Under the pieces are notes generated by a model that saw nothing but the letters and a program-made list of their open reading frames with translations, ran no database searches and was not told the DNA's origin. Shown one piece after another: positions 24,701 to 36,899 of a DNA stretch of 64,000 nucleotides. A program made the position numbers and the translations under genes. The stretch is from Phoronis australis (taxonomy: Eukaryota; Animalia; Phoronida), in the NCBI GenBank assembly GCA_002633005.1, contig NMRA01000068.1, forward strand, positions 284,453 through 348,452, read 5' to 3'. Every line of letters begins with the position of its first letter. Position 1 is the first letter of the stretch.

Positions 24701-27700
24701 AAGTCCTCGAAAAATCATGGTCAACCGTCCTCTTTACACCAAGAACATAAGTGCCAATTATCACAATCATTCTTAGATTGGTTTAGTTGACAGAGGGGCG
24801 GACGCAAAAAACAAACTCAAAAATAGTAAATATGGCCACTAGGTGGTGCAAAATACCTTGAATCATCTGAAAACCAAGGGATAGCGTCATCTGACTAATT
24901 GATGCCTACGTGCCAAATTTCATTAAAATCCTTTGAACACCTTTGAAGATATAGAGGTTAACGTAAAAACTAAAATTGCCGATATGGGGCACACAGGTAG
25001 TCGGATCCGTGTGAAATTTGTTGTTATCCGTCATTTGTCAGCTTCATAGGAACACACACGCCGGACGCCCAGACAGAGATGACGGCAATATGCACCCACA
25101 TATGTGGGTGCATAACAAGATGAAATTTTTCTCTTCCAAGCTTTCCAAATAAGTTGTATGAAATAGGATTACATACACCATTTTCAAGATTTGGAGGTCA
25201 TACACAATCATGGCTAATTTTAAAACTTCACCAATATATTCCCAAGAGTAATTGACAGGAGTAGAAACCAACTGTTGTCATGTACGTGCACACCCCTTTT
25301 CATAATTAAACCACACAGACAATTTTTCATGTCAATGACCTATGTTTAGATGTTGTTTTTTCAGGCATGGAAAAATGAGTTGAAGTGAATGTGAACGGTG
25401 CGCACCTCAGATGGTTTCCACCCCCTGACAGAGAAAGCATTTTGTAAAACTAAACAAATGAATGTAATAAGCTAAACAGGCATTGACTACAATATTGATG
25501 AAGCTCTAACAAGTTAATTAACACTCAGGCATTGACTACAATATTGATGAAGCTCTAACAAGTTACTTAACACTCAGGCATTTTTTAATGTCGATTAAAA
25601 TGATATTGATACCAGAAAATGAGATACAGACTAATACTGGTATCACAACATTAAGAAATTAAATTTTTCTGCTTCGCCGCAAGATTTTCTGTAGTTACTG
25701 CCGGTTACCAAAAAGTCTTCTGAAAAACCAGACCAGACATGTTTGCACTGCTTACTGAACCTGTATGTGGAGATGTGTAACTAATGAAGTGGTAAATAAA
25801 TGTAACCAGCAGTCAGTAAGTCAATGTTTTTCACATGTAATTTAAAGGCGAAGGCAAGGTTTTTTCATGTCATTTTTAGCAAAAAAGGTTTGTTGATTAT
25901 TCCAGACATATTTTTTATTTAATTACAGCTTTTTGTTATTTAAACAATTACTCGTCCTTTACTCCGGAAGTGACGTTTTGGGAGGCAAGTATTTCTTTTC
26001 ATATAGTCTGACTGTGAGAGCTGCCGAGTCAGTCATTGTTCTACCTCTATTGTGATAAGTTTGGTCGTCGTTTGCTTACGAGACAGTCAACATGCCACAC
26101 TCTTGCTGCGTACTGAGATGTACTCATTATCATCTCACGGACAGAGGAACAATTGTCGCACTTGCCCGAGTGTACCGCGACACACTCCCACTGGATGGTG
26201 ACCTGAGCACACAAACTACTTACAACCCACCGTGTGACTCCCTCGCCACACACCTGCCACCTTCTAAATAGCTCCAATACTTCAGACAAGTCCTCAATAA
26301 ACTTATCAAAGTTTGGTTCATTGATCTATTCATTGGACGACGAACTGTCCTCTTCACTAGGTGTCGAGCGGGGCTTGTATTCACTCCCTCTACTCAACAT
26401 CGCAGCAGGGCTGCTTACAGGCTCTGGGCGATAATGAATACATCCCGGTATGCAGCAACAGTGTGGCACGTTGACTGACTCGTAAACAAAAGCAAAAGCA
26501 AACGACACTGAACTTGTCACAGCCGAGGTATAACAATGACTGACTCGACAGCTCTCACAGTCACACTATATGAAAAGAAATTGGCGCGAAATTCTTGCCT
26601 ACCAAAATGTCACTTTCGGAGTAAAGGACGTCGAATAATTAATTAAATTACGAAAAGCCGTGATTAAGTGAAAAATATGTCTGGGATAATCAAAGAACCT
26701 TATTTTTGCTACAAATGACATGAAAAAAGGGTTGCCTTTCCCTTTAAAGACGTGATTTCGTTCAATAGTTCACCAAGTTCAAAATTCAAAGACCTATGTG
26801 AACTTTTCTTCACGAAAAACAAGTGAAGATTATGTTCTTGAAATTTCGTGTTTAAGGCTTTTGGAAATTAGGCCTGAGTTGTACACCTCTGTATATGACC
26901 AGGGCAGGTACTGATTGATCAAGTCTTGCCAACTCTAATAATAAATCAACCTGGGATACAAGAGGGATTCTGGAAAAAAAATGCAGTGACCCCTATGGAA
27001 ATGAGTACATAAGGTGTAACAGAATTTTACTAATGTTTGCACTTGACTATTTAGAGATTTGGAAAGAAGTGAGATTAAAGTAGTAAAAACAGATCAAAGT
27101 CGTGTTATCAATGAAATATGTATACGAGGAAGATTACTGGCAAATTATAGTGACTAGACAGGAAGTGAATGTTGGAACTCAAAAAGGAAACAAGCATCGA
27201 GTCTTTGCTCATTTCATTTCCAATAGGAGTCACTGTGGTTACTCACGTGTGTACAAAGTTGCATGTGCCGTCTATAGGGTCAATGATCCAAGTGGGATTA
27301 TCTGTCAGGCTGCATTTTGCACCCGCTGCCACTGACTCTTCACCTATAAAACTTCAAAGATAACAGAAATAGAGGCATCTTCATATGTCTCACGGTATGT
27401 AAGCTGCATAAACATTTATTTGCAAGCTCAAAAACTTGCATACTGAATAATCAGTCAACCTTTGTGGAAATGAAAACAACAAAACAACAAGAGTTGGAAT
27501 TATCACTGACAAACAAAAGAAATAGTTCATGTCTCATGTTTACTAATTCAATATTTCCTTTGACGGTAGTGTGAAATTTCGTTTGAAGTGATACTGCACT
27601 ATTTTAAACTTCAATATTCACGCATGTGTTCACAATGTGAAAATACACACTCAGTACTCACATGAAGTCTTAAGTTAAAGCAGCTAATAAATCCCGTGTT

Positions 27701-30700
27701 CCATCCACGAGAGGCCAAATTTTGATTCAGACCACTTAAAATTGACCTCAGCTTGTTCATTACTTGGATTAATTTCTGGCTTTGAACTGACAGTTCTTTT
27801 CAGGCCATGCGCGGTGCATAAAATGACATGCAATTACAAACCAACTTTTTGAGCTTGATCTCAAGCTATGACAAAATGTTAGCTCCTTCAAAACCATAAA
27901 AACACATCTAATTAAAGCAGATTAGTAATTATACTAAGTGATTGAAATCAGAAGTTGGTGTTTGTGACGGAAGGCAGGTTTATAGCCACCTTAAGTACAC
28001 TTTTATCCACATATTCACAGGCCCAAGGTGTAAATAAATCTAATTATAGCAGAGAAAGGTGATGACATTTTTTATGAAACTAAGATTCAGTTACTATAAT
28101 TAATTATGCAGTCACTGACATGTTCCATCATTGCAGAAGTACAGAGCTTACATGTATCACTGCACAAGAGCTCACCTGTTTTTTTTTAATTGTGATATTT
28201 AAAATGAGGGTGGCCTCTGCAGTGATAGCACTGCTTTCCAAGAGGGCACAAGTGGAGAGCTCACCTGTATCACTGCACAAGAAGAGAGCTCACCTGTATC
28301 ACTGCACAAGAAGAGAGCTCACCTGTATCACTGCACAAGTGAATAGCTCATCTGTATCACTGCACAAGTAGAGAGCTCACCCGTATCACTGCACATGAAG
28401 AGTGCTCACCTGTGAGTTGGAAAATTTTCCCTAAGGCAGTTGATGATTAATTTCTCAACTTCTTGATCCGTTTCCGTAACAAGATCGGCTGGAGTTGATT
28501 TTGACATGCACCGTTTTTCTTTACTACAAGCTTCTCTAACAATCTGAAATAAAATGCTTCAAGTCAGGCTACTACTAGGAATACAATACGTACTTAGTTT
28601 CATCGTAGGAAGCAGCTGAACGCAATTTACAGCATAAATGGGTGATTTTGACACAACTCTTTTAAGCTTTGATAAAGTTGCATATGCCCCTCAAACCTTG
28701 TACCTTCCTGTGGGTCAGTGACAAGAGCAGTCAATACAAAAAGGGCTCATAAACTTTTGTGAAATGACAATACAAGAAGTTATCTCCCACAACTAAGTTC
28801 AATATACAACATTGTCTAACCATCCTGTAAACAAATGATTTGATGTGCAGTAATAATACCAGTGTGGCCGTTGAGATTCTAAAACAAAAACCAAAAAAAT
28901 GTTTGCAAAAATGAAACACTTCTCAGTAATTGATTAAAACAGAACTGTTTGCACTTCATAACAACATTAAGCTATTATAAAACTTCCTTTTGTCAAAAAT
29001 TAGTTTGATTTAAACCATTTACCCTTATGCATGGTCTCAAGTTTGTCTTCACAAAGATTAGAGATGGGGTTTGGAGAGAGCTGACAATTCCTAGCTGCTT
29101 AAAACTAGGATAGAGATGGAGTTTGGAGAGAGTTGACAATTCCTAGCTGCTTAAAACTAGGATAGAGATGGAGTTTGGAGAGAGTTGACAATTCCTAGCT
29201 GCTTGAAACTAGGATAGAGATGGGGTTTGGAGAGAGCTGACAATTCCTAGCTGCTTGAAACTAGGCACACAAATTTAACAAAGGACTTTCAATGTAATCT
29301 ATAATTAAAACGTCTGTTGCAAACTAAGTTCTCATTTTTGACAATACGGCACATCTTGTACTGTTTTGGACTTAAACATTCAGGTATCTAAGAATCCATA
29401 TGAAAGGGTAAGGTTTTATGAAATTACCCCCAACAAGATGGAACACAAAAGTTGAGTTTTTCATAGAAAGACTCTACAAATGGGTTTCAATTTCTTCGAG
29501 TGTGCTCTCTATATGGGTGGACATTTTAATTTTTCAGCTGCATTTTCCAATAAAAATGTAGTCAAGTAGCCCCGGGAATAAGTTTTACCGAACAATCCAG
29601 TTTTGACTACCACAGGATGTTTTCTCTTTAAAGTGGAACTTGCATACTAATTCCTTATCTCTGTGACTACTTGGCCAAATTAGTTAGAAACACAGCCTGT
29701 AGCGACGATGTGAATATGAAGTAGGTAGAAAATTGCCAAATGTTTTTGGTGACGAAAATGATCCACTGCAAATGACTGAACCATGTCCAGTATGGAACAT
29801 GATGTTGTGCTGGGGAATAACACTGCATGATACAGGCTGTGCGAGTCCACGAGGTATGTCATTACCGTATTCGCCGTAATAACCGCCCAGGGCGCTTAGA
29901 AAAGTTCGTTTCAGGGGGGCGCTTATTATAACCCAAGGCCGTTGAAACCGGGTCTCCGAAACGGGTGAAATCGGAAACTACGATTCATCATATTTACGCT
30001 CTGTGACGTTTCTGTAATCTATGAAAGACTTTCTACAAAACAGTGGTGCATTGCTATCAAACTTTGCTGCTAAATTACGATCATTTTACAGAAAATTGTT
30101 CTGAAATCCCAGGGCGAAAACTCGCCGACTGCCTGCCTCGCAATCGTCAATATGGCGACTTGAATGCTTGAATAAAAATACATGACCTGAAATCCTCCTT
30201 AAGTTTTCCAAGTAGCGTTCCTAAGATTTTGAAGTTCTTGTGGAGTCGGGATCACTGCAGGTTTAAGTACAAATCTGTGCTACATCGTGCCATCTACATG
30301 TATGATCGGCAACATGAGAAAAATGTCTGGATGAACACACATGTCACGTGACGTTTGTTTTGAAGTTGTCTGCGTTTGTGAGTAAGCGAGCGCGTGCGTG
30401 TCACCAGAGTTCATTTGTCAGAGCAGATACCGTCTTTTGGCCAGAGCCACACAATCTAACGAGCTAGATGTGCATTGTATCTAAAGAAATTTGCACAAGC
30501 AGTAGGCCTAAACCAGAGCGTCTCATGTACTAAAAATGTTTGACATTTGTCTCGGTAAGGCCATATTAGTCGCCGTGTGGCTGGATGCGTACGTGACTAT
30601 CTGACAGTTACTTTTCGTTGTAAGAGTGTGTAAGCATTCACTGTCAGTGGTCATTTTATCGGATATTTGGTTTATTAAAAACACCAATTATGGTTAATCA

Positions 30701-33700
30701 AACAATTCATCTTAAAAATAACGCAAGCATTTTTTATAGTATTAGAAACTGTCGGAAATTAGTGTCAATATTCATTTCTTGCTGATGCTATGCTACCCGT
30801 TCATGAATGGATAGTTCCCAACTAATATCTTTGATGACAGGTTCATGTATGTAGTACGCGCTTCCTGGCCACGTGCTTTTTAACACTGGTCAAGCCTTTT
30901 ATTAGTCTTCGATTTGCGGTTTTCACGTGTAGGCCTACAAAGAAATTTGGATTCCTGTTGAAAGCAGGATATATCTACAAAGCAATCCCGTAGACAAGTA
31001 CACTACTTTTGTTCTGAAAGGCCAGAGCATTGGTCCTCGCAATATCAGCAGAACTTTTGTGTTCGTTTTGAGGCATGGCGGAAGTTCTGAAGTGTATAAT
31101 CACGGCTAAATACCGACATAGCGGCGAGGCTCGTGGTCTACAAATTCTGCGCACAATGATTTTTTTCAGGACTGTCGGATATTATTGATAAATTGAAGAC
31201 GTTACTGTAGAATTTTAGGACTGTAGGTAAAGCATTTTTCGCACGTACACGTTCATGGACTGGGCGCTTATTTTGGCAAAGTCTGAAAATGCGTAGGGGG
31301 CGCTTATTAGGGCATGGGCGGTTATTACAGCGAATACAGTCTTTTAATATCTTATTACCGCAAACACTCAGGTTAACGACTATGCTCACGCACAAGCCTA
31401 CTCCCTACCTTTGAAGTGTTTCATAATAAGCGCTCACTGATCTACTAAGCGTCATGGGCGGCGCAGCGCTAAAAAAGTGATGCACCGCCTGCAGACCATG
31501 TGCGGCGTAGCACTGAAAAAAGTGGGGGCTATAGCCTCCCCGGCCCCCTATGGTGCGCCACCCATGAGCGTTCCCCCTCAACTTTTGAGAATTTCGAATT
31601 AAGCGCTCACAGTTCAGGCTAGCGTCCATCACAGCGCACTACAAACGACCGCGCGTGGTTTAAAATTGGCACCCAGCTTATATGGTGTCATTCTCATTTT
31701 ACATAACAAAAAACAGTTTTCAAAAAACGTCTTTTCTCAAGATGTAAAAACCAAATCCCGGCTTTGTTTTATACCTCCGAAAAAAGTGACATGTGTGTTG
31801 TTGTGTGACTGAGCTACTTTTCTTGATGGAAACCAAGACGGAAGGAGTCGAGAATTATTTCAAGGCTATTCATTTCATGGAAAACTAATTGTTGAGTACA
31901 TAAACAGCTTAAGTACTACATTTGGACCGAATTGTTCACGCGCATCCAAATAGGTCATTCGGTTAGGGCATCGTTTCACGGATTTTTTTCAACAGATGTT
32001 TTTCAAACGTCGAGTTAAGTTACAAAATTTGGACTGGGAACAAAAAGTGGAGGGAATTTGCACTTCGAGTTAGTTTGAATCTTTAACGACTTTGATGACA
32101 GACAGTAGCAGGTCAGACCTAGCAAAATCCCGGATACTTCATCAACGGACATTTTCTCCCTTTTCACATCGCATACTTAGCTACTCGAATGCATGTGTCA
32201 GTTAGAAAGCACTGATTCAACTTTCACGTCGGCAACTTGCCTTGCGTTCTAAAGCCTTTCAATAGCGGTCTTGAAGAACAGTAACGCTGTACCTGCATGA
32301 ACGAAGTCAATTTTGTGATCTGAAATTTGTGAGTATTTAACGCTGCAAGTAACAGCATAATCTAAACATTTTCTCGATAATCTAAAAAATCAGTTTTGGT
32401 GCGTAAAAATGTTGGGAAAATTTTGCGTCGTGGCCAGATTGACTTGTTATCCTGGCCAGTGGCTCGAAAACCGATCAGATATCACAAACATAAACCAGCC
32501 AAAGTTGGAAACTAAACTTCCAGTTAAGAAAATACTATACTAGTGAGCCAAAGTAATGTGCACGGGATTATGTTGGTGAATTAGCCACGAAACTGCAAAT
32601 CTACTTACTCGTCGAGGGCCGCTAATTCAGGTTCCGCTTTCAGCCACAGCACCGTCAGGGCAGAAGTTGTACACTGACAATCATTATTTGAATAATGAAA
32701 ATGTAAATAAACATTGCCCTATCACCTGGCCATGGGATGGAAATCGAGTTGTTTCACAACAGTTTCTTTCAGCAAACACTAAATTAGCATGAGCTCACAC
32801 GGCCTCGGCCAATTAGTTTTATTGCACCTAAAGCCAGTAACGCAGTGATTTATTCATTGCAGGCTTCTCAAATCATTTGCACTCATGAACACTCCAAAGG
32901 CATTACAAATTGCATCTAATGAGACAGACATTGTTTCAGTTTTATTTAAGTATTGGTTAGGGTGAGAATAATTACTTTTGAAACAACGCTCAGTAATAAA
33001 CGTCAACATGGCAACTCGCAACCCCAACTTAGACGAGAGCTCATCGAAGACTTCGCAGGTAGATCGTTAAGTTTCACAGGCTATCAGTTCGAACAGGAAT
33101 ACAGTGATGAGGAAATACTAGAGAGGCACCGTGAACAAGCTCCATCAATGGAACGTATGGATAGTTATTTGGTAAGCGGCATTCGTCAGGCACTGTCGAC
33201 GACTGCAGGCCACAGACACGGAGATGTTTCAAGGCCTCATACTTGCTATTTACAGCGTACATTTCATTCTTCACTACCGCGAGCCACTTCCTAAGCATTT
33301 CAGACTCTCGAAGAAGTCGAAAAAACGATTTACCCGCTTTCCTTGCAGCTGCATAGTTTGGACAAGTGGGAACGATGCACTGCAACATAGCGGCATTCAC
33401 TCTGCAAATGAGCTACTGACGTCCCTAGAGTTGTTTCTCACCTTCCTCACAGGTTAATGCGACACCTTTTGGCAAGGTAAGGTCGACCGTATGCGAGGCA
33501 ATGTGGATATAGACCGATTAAGACGGCAAAAAAGATTAATTAAATCGGGTGGCATTCTCCTTTAAGTTTTTTATACTCCTTAGGCATTTACGTGTAATAC
33601 AAGAATGTCTCACAATTACAGTGACTGACATATTGTGAATGTACATTGGTAATGTTTCGGTAGAATTAAGATCACTTGAAAAACGTACAGAACTTTAAGC

Positions 33701-33939
33701 CAGTAGCAAACAATTGTTTCACCCAAAAATAACAACAGAATCAATCAAAACAAAGCAGGTCTTTAAAAACCTCAAATTTCCCAACAGTGAAAAGCTAAAG
33801 CAAAAAGCATGTCAACAAGTAAAAAACATAAGTAACGCCAACATGAAGCATATAGTAACGCTAATACCTTTGCAGCCCGCTTTGTGACATCAACAGCTAC
33901 TTTGTAACAACGATCCAAATCTATAGTGTCCATGTCCAT
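15616..33939 (-). CDS. IMPA1: Inositol monophosphatase (IMPA1/IMPA2 type), complete, 276 aa
   Basis: complement(join(33868-33939,28410-28543,27247-27351,23732-23886,22145-22250,18512-18663,15616-15722)) = 831 nt with consistent phases. Motifs: [52 protein letters not shown]. Confidence 0.96.
15893..16337. repeat. 48-bp minisatellite, about 9 copies, in the last IMPA intron
   Basis: Unit ttcatggaagtggtgatacagtgaccaagttctgaaggcatccacaaa starts at 15943, 15991, 16039 ... 16279. Confidence 0.97.
16440..17965 (-). mobile_element. 5'-truncated, frameshifted non-LTR retrotransposon (CR1-group LINE) RT fragment
   Basis: Motifs [61 protein letters not shown] across ORFs 17471-17845 and 16867-17448. 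The 3' end is approximate. Confidence 0.92.
18010..18435 (+). mobile_element. Degraded HINE family A-related copy
   Basis: aaattgtcactagaaagcacag...gccaaatttcacaaagatcctg subunits resemble 24100-24250. Confidence 0.5.
18512..18663 (-). CDS. IMPA1: IMPA exon ([15 protein letters not shown]...[15 protein letters not shown])
   Basis: ttcctag acceptor, gtgggt donor, IMP signature 2. Confidence 0.96.
19870..20070 (-). mobile_element. Old RTE-like LINE fragment
   Basis: Degenerate IKYLKS...[10 protein letters not shown] resembles the RTE post-RT KYLGS...EI..RI..A motif. Confidence 0.3.
20103..21358 (-). mobile_element. HINE/Helentron-like non-autonomous element, family B, with ~432-bp internal tandem units
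   Basis: On the minus strand: AACTAGAA head with hairpin attattgttacggtgtgacaataat, ~432-bp units (tgcaccgg at 20309, 20740, 21173), an (AAGAAT)n microsatellite at 20161-20195 and a 3' hairpin actctacgc...gtacagagt. Confidence 0.7.
22145..22250 (-). CDS. IMPA1: IMPA exon ([11 protein letters not shown]...LGGKLH)
   Basis: ttgcag acceptor, gtgggt donor, phases fit. Confidence 0.9.
22400..23250 (-). mobile_element. Highly decayed L1/Tx1-like LINE fragment
   Basis: Scattered remnants FAYHSGLKI and YLGYHF...KWIP in the expected order. Confidence 0.25.
23492..23669. repeat. 45-bp minisatellite, 4 copies, in an IMPA intron
   Basis: Unit ctaccagtgccaccactctatgacagaactctcacaagacagtgc. Confidence 0.97.
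23732..23886 (-). CDS. IMPA1: IMPA exon ([14 protein letters not shown]...[17 protein letters not shown])
   Basis: cacttag acceptor, gtttgt donor. Confidence 0.93.
23970..25115 (+). mobile_element. HINE-like family A copy (8 internal subunits, 3' palindrome)
   Basis: Repeating ~145-160-bp subunits. The tail ggacgcccagacagagatgacggc is followed by the perfect 26-bp palindrome tatgcacccacatatgtgggtgcata (25089-25114). Confidence 0.8.
25477..25581. repeat. 49-bp tandem duplication (2.1 copies)
   Basis: caggcattgactacaatattgatgaagctctaacaagtta... at 25477 and 25526. Confidence 0.95.
25846..26743. mobile_element. Non-autonomous Kolobok-type DNA transposon (898 bp) with long TIRs and THAP remnants
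   Basis: TTAA on both sides (25842-25845, 26744-26747), AGG...CCT termini, imperfect TIRs over 200 bp, internal [10 protein letters not shown] and [10 protein letters not shown]. Confidence 0.85.
27247..27351 (-). CDS. IMPA1: IMPA exon ([10 protein letters not shown]...[14 protein letters not shown])
   Basis: Metal-binding signature, AG/GT ends. Confidence 0.96.
28255..28412. repeat. 29-bp minisatellite that includes the IMPA exon-2 splice donor
   Basis: Unit ctcacctgtatcactgcacaagaagagag; period 29 from 28264 to 28409. Confidence 0.95.
28410..28543 (-). CDS. IMPA1: IMPA exon ([10 protein letters not shown]...[16 protein letters not shown]...FPTH)
   Basis: tttcag acceptor, gtgagc donor. 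Confidence 0.95.
29060..29265. repeat. 52-bp minisatellite, about 4 copies
   Basis: agagatggggtttggagagagctgacaattcctagctgcttaaaactaggat at 29060, 29112, 29164, 29216. Confidence 0.97.
29865..31339. mobile_element. Non-autonomous pogo/Tc1-mariner-type element (1475 bp)
   Basis: 25-bp TIRs ccgtattcgccgtaataaccgccca and tgggcggttattacagcgaatacag; TA on the left flank; repeated gggcgcttatt subterminal motifs. Confidence 0.8.
31453..31566. mobile_element. 114-bp MITE with CATGGG termini and 5-bp TSD AGCGT
   Basis: agcgt|catgggcggcgca...tgcgccacccatg|agcgt. Confidence 0.8.
32990..33561. mobile_element. Internally deleted Kolobok-type element: THAP ORF (-) facing a KolX-like N-terminus (+)
   Basis: Minus [12 protein letters not shown]...FFRL....LRKWL...LRVCGLQ (THAP). 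Plus strand [16 protein letters not shown]. The right end is ...ggcattctcct|TTAA. The left TIR was not found. Confidence 0.65.
33868..33939 (-). CDS. IMPA1: IMPA first coding exon ([24 protein letters not shown])
   Basis: ATG at 33939, gtatta donor; an acceptor at 33960 implies a further upstream 5'UTR exon. Confidence 0.85.
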
Positions 33940-36899
33940 CTTAAATCCCTTGATAAATTCTGAAACATAAAAGTGTTCGTTGACTTAAAATGGCTATACA
34001 TATCCATCTTTTTTTACAAGAAATAAATTTTCATTTCGACTACATACAACAATAAAACTTCTTCCTAATTCAGTTGACAAGTGGCTACTGAGCTTGGAAA
34101 GAACGCACAGGTTGTTAAAGTAGGAAACTTTAGTCAGCACATCAAATGACTCGCCATGACAAGCCAACTTCAGATAATGAGTATGTTCTCAAGTGATTAA
34201 AAACTGCCATTTTTTCTCATACCCAGAGATCACCTCTATGAGAAAAAGTTGAGAAACGTATTATTACAGTGAGTAGCCTACTAGTAAATCGTTTTTTTTT
34301 TTGACAAAAGAAGAGTTTATAGCCACATTCAAGTAGCAGCTATTTGTCCAAGGTTGACCACATTTCCTAGAGTGAGCTTGGGACTTGTTACTATTAGCAT
34401 ATCTGAATCTGCATGTTTTGGTTTCAACAAACTTGAGTCACAACAAAAGATCCTGGAAGGGTTGCTATAGTTTGAGTGCATGTATTACCATTAACAAAAT
34501 CAGTTATTCTTTCAGAAAGAGCCAGCGACATTATGTAAATCATGATCAGAATTACAAGAACGTACATAAAAATTCAAGACACACAGCAGCCCATTTGTAT
34601 GCTTTTGACATTGTAAATGATATTTTTGAGACAAATAATATATAATAGACATTGGTCATCATGAGAGATCAAGTCCTCCGACAAGCAAAATCAGTGAAAC
34701 CATTCAGTAACAAACACAAACTTTGTCTGGCTTCATTGCTTTAAAATACCAGAGGCACCCTCTTTTGGTAGAGCTTGATAAAAAATTTCTCAGACACTAT
34801 TTTGTTCAGTAACATATTAACACAGAGGACATGGAATTACCCTCTCAACATTACCATGGCTACAACACCCCTAGGGAATGTGGTGCTCCACCTGGTGTGC
34901 CACACGAACCCCACATTTGGTCAATTGCATTGCCTAAAACACCCTTCGCGCAAGATGGCAATCTGGCTGCATTAAGTTACCAGATTTGGGTGTAGTAATA
35001 TATAGGTGGTCCACCAACACTATTCTCAGGGGCAGGGTGGTTGGTGCTTATGGACAACTTGTCAACAAATAGTTATTGCCGGGAGCTGGCGATAACTGCT
35101 GAGTGAACATGCACTGAAATCCAAAACGCCTAACAAGTTCAGGATTACCCAGTTGTCAATAAACTTTAAATATTTTTGATGTTCTATGATCATTTATTAT
35201 TGGAAATAAGTTAAGTTGAATCCTACTGTCAGTACAGTTTAGTTCGTCATGATCCCCACTGAGTGATAGCAATGTTTTCTTACAGCAAAGGTCGAGGGCA
35301 GGGGTCTAATGTTTGTACTACTTGAAATTATAACTGACATCAAATATTTTAGATAAGAGTCTGCTTAATTCTATACTCGAGTACATTCGGGTTCACAAAC
35401 CAGATGAGTTTCCAGTCCAAGTTTGCACTTGACGACCTCTGGATTTGAACTACAAAAATACTTTGATTACAGATACCTGCGTTTATATATTAAAGTATAA
35501 TGGAAAACGTCAATAGTAATTTCTAGTTTGATTTTTTTGCACAAAGATTAGTTCCCAGGCCCAGAACTTTTTCGGTCAGGTGACTATTAAACTGCATATT
35601 TAGCACAAAAAATGAAAGGGAGATAATTGCATTTTTGGCAACTTGTAGAACTTGTATTTACATGAATTCACAGGTAACTGTTTCCCTAATGTATATTTTC
35701 TGAAATATTTTATTTTGCCAATCAAAAAGTAAATAGGTTGAGAAATTCCATTACAGGATTAATGCTGGGCACTTGCACCCATGTGAGCTTATTTCGATCT
35801 GTTAGAATCCTCTAGAATATCCCCTGTAAATACCACCATCTGAACTGGGCCAGCACAGTTGGCACAGTTGGTGATCATTCCATAGGGCAGCTATATGCCG
35901 GTGAGTTATGCCTCACAGTGATTAAACCATCATGTTGCTATAGCAACTTTTGATTCCGAAGGGACTCCTTAGGAGTTCATAAAAGTCTTTAATTCCTTCC
36001 AACTCAAACAAATACTTCAATAATTAAGATTTCTTTCTAATACGTCTCTTCATGAACTGTCATTTTGTTGAGGTACCAGACATGCGACCCTGGCAGCAAG
36101 TTTCAAGCTCTATTGAACTCTGGCAGATCACTACTGTAATGCATTAGTGATTGGCTTACTCTCGAGGTCATGAAGGTATGATGAAATTTAAAAATTTACA
36201 TATAATCAAACCAGAAATGGCTTACTTTCTGATTTCGGTAACTGAATGAAAGAATATTTGGAAAGAAACGCTGACTACAGGAGTACTTGTTTGAAGGACT
36301 TAAGACTCCAATTGCCTCCAAATGTCTCCCTCTACACTTGAAAGATACATGCAGTAATTCAAATTGATAGTTTAACCAGGGTATAAAATCTACCAGCATA
36401 CAGGCTGAGTGTGCCGTGGCCTAGTATACACCAAGGGATTAATAAAGAACACAGAGGTGTGAATGCCACTACACAGTAACATAGATGAACCAGAAGTCAG
36501 ATAAAGATGTGCTGACAGTCTGATTTTGTTCACAGTCTCAACTGGGGCCAGCTAGAGACGGTGGTCGTTGTGACGTTGTCTGAGCTACGCTTCAGACGAT
36601 CGTGTATTCATGAACTATTCGCATATTCTTACGATTCTGTGACATATGTTCCGGTAAATAAAATGGGTGGTCGTGAAGTCAATAATTACAAAAATTCTTC
36701 ACACTGAACAAAAAATTTCACCCTATTGCCTTGTTAATGAATATTCAATTCCAAGTTCACGCATACGCGACCAACCAAACTTCCAAAGGCAAGAAGAGGT
36801 TTAAAGCAAGATTCCAAGTTCACGTACAACAATTACACTTCGATCCAAGCTGTGAACTGATATGTGATCTATTTTGTGTTTTCCTCACAAAATTATCTA

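Noticed and set aside
15893-29265. Short regular repeats as CRISPR arrays
   Set aside because: Units are contiguous with no unique spacers, there are no cas genes, and the context is eukaryotic introns.
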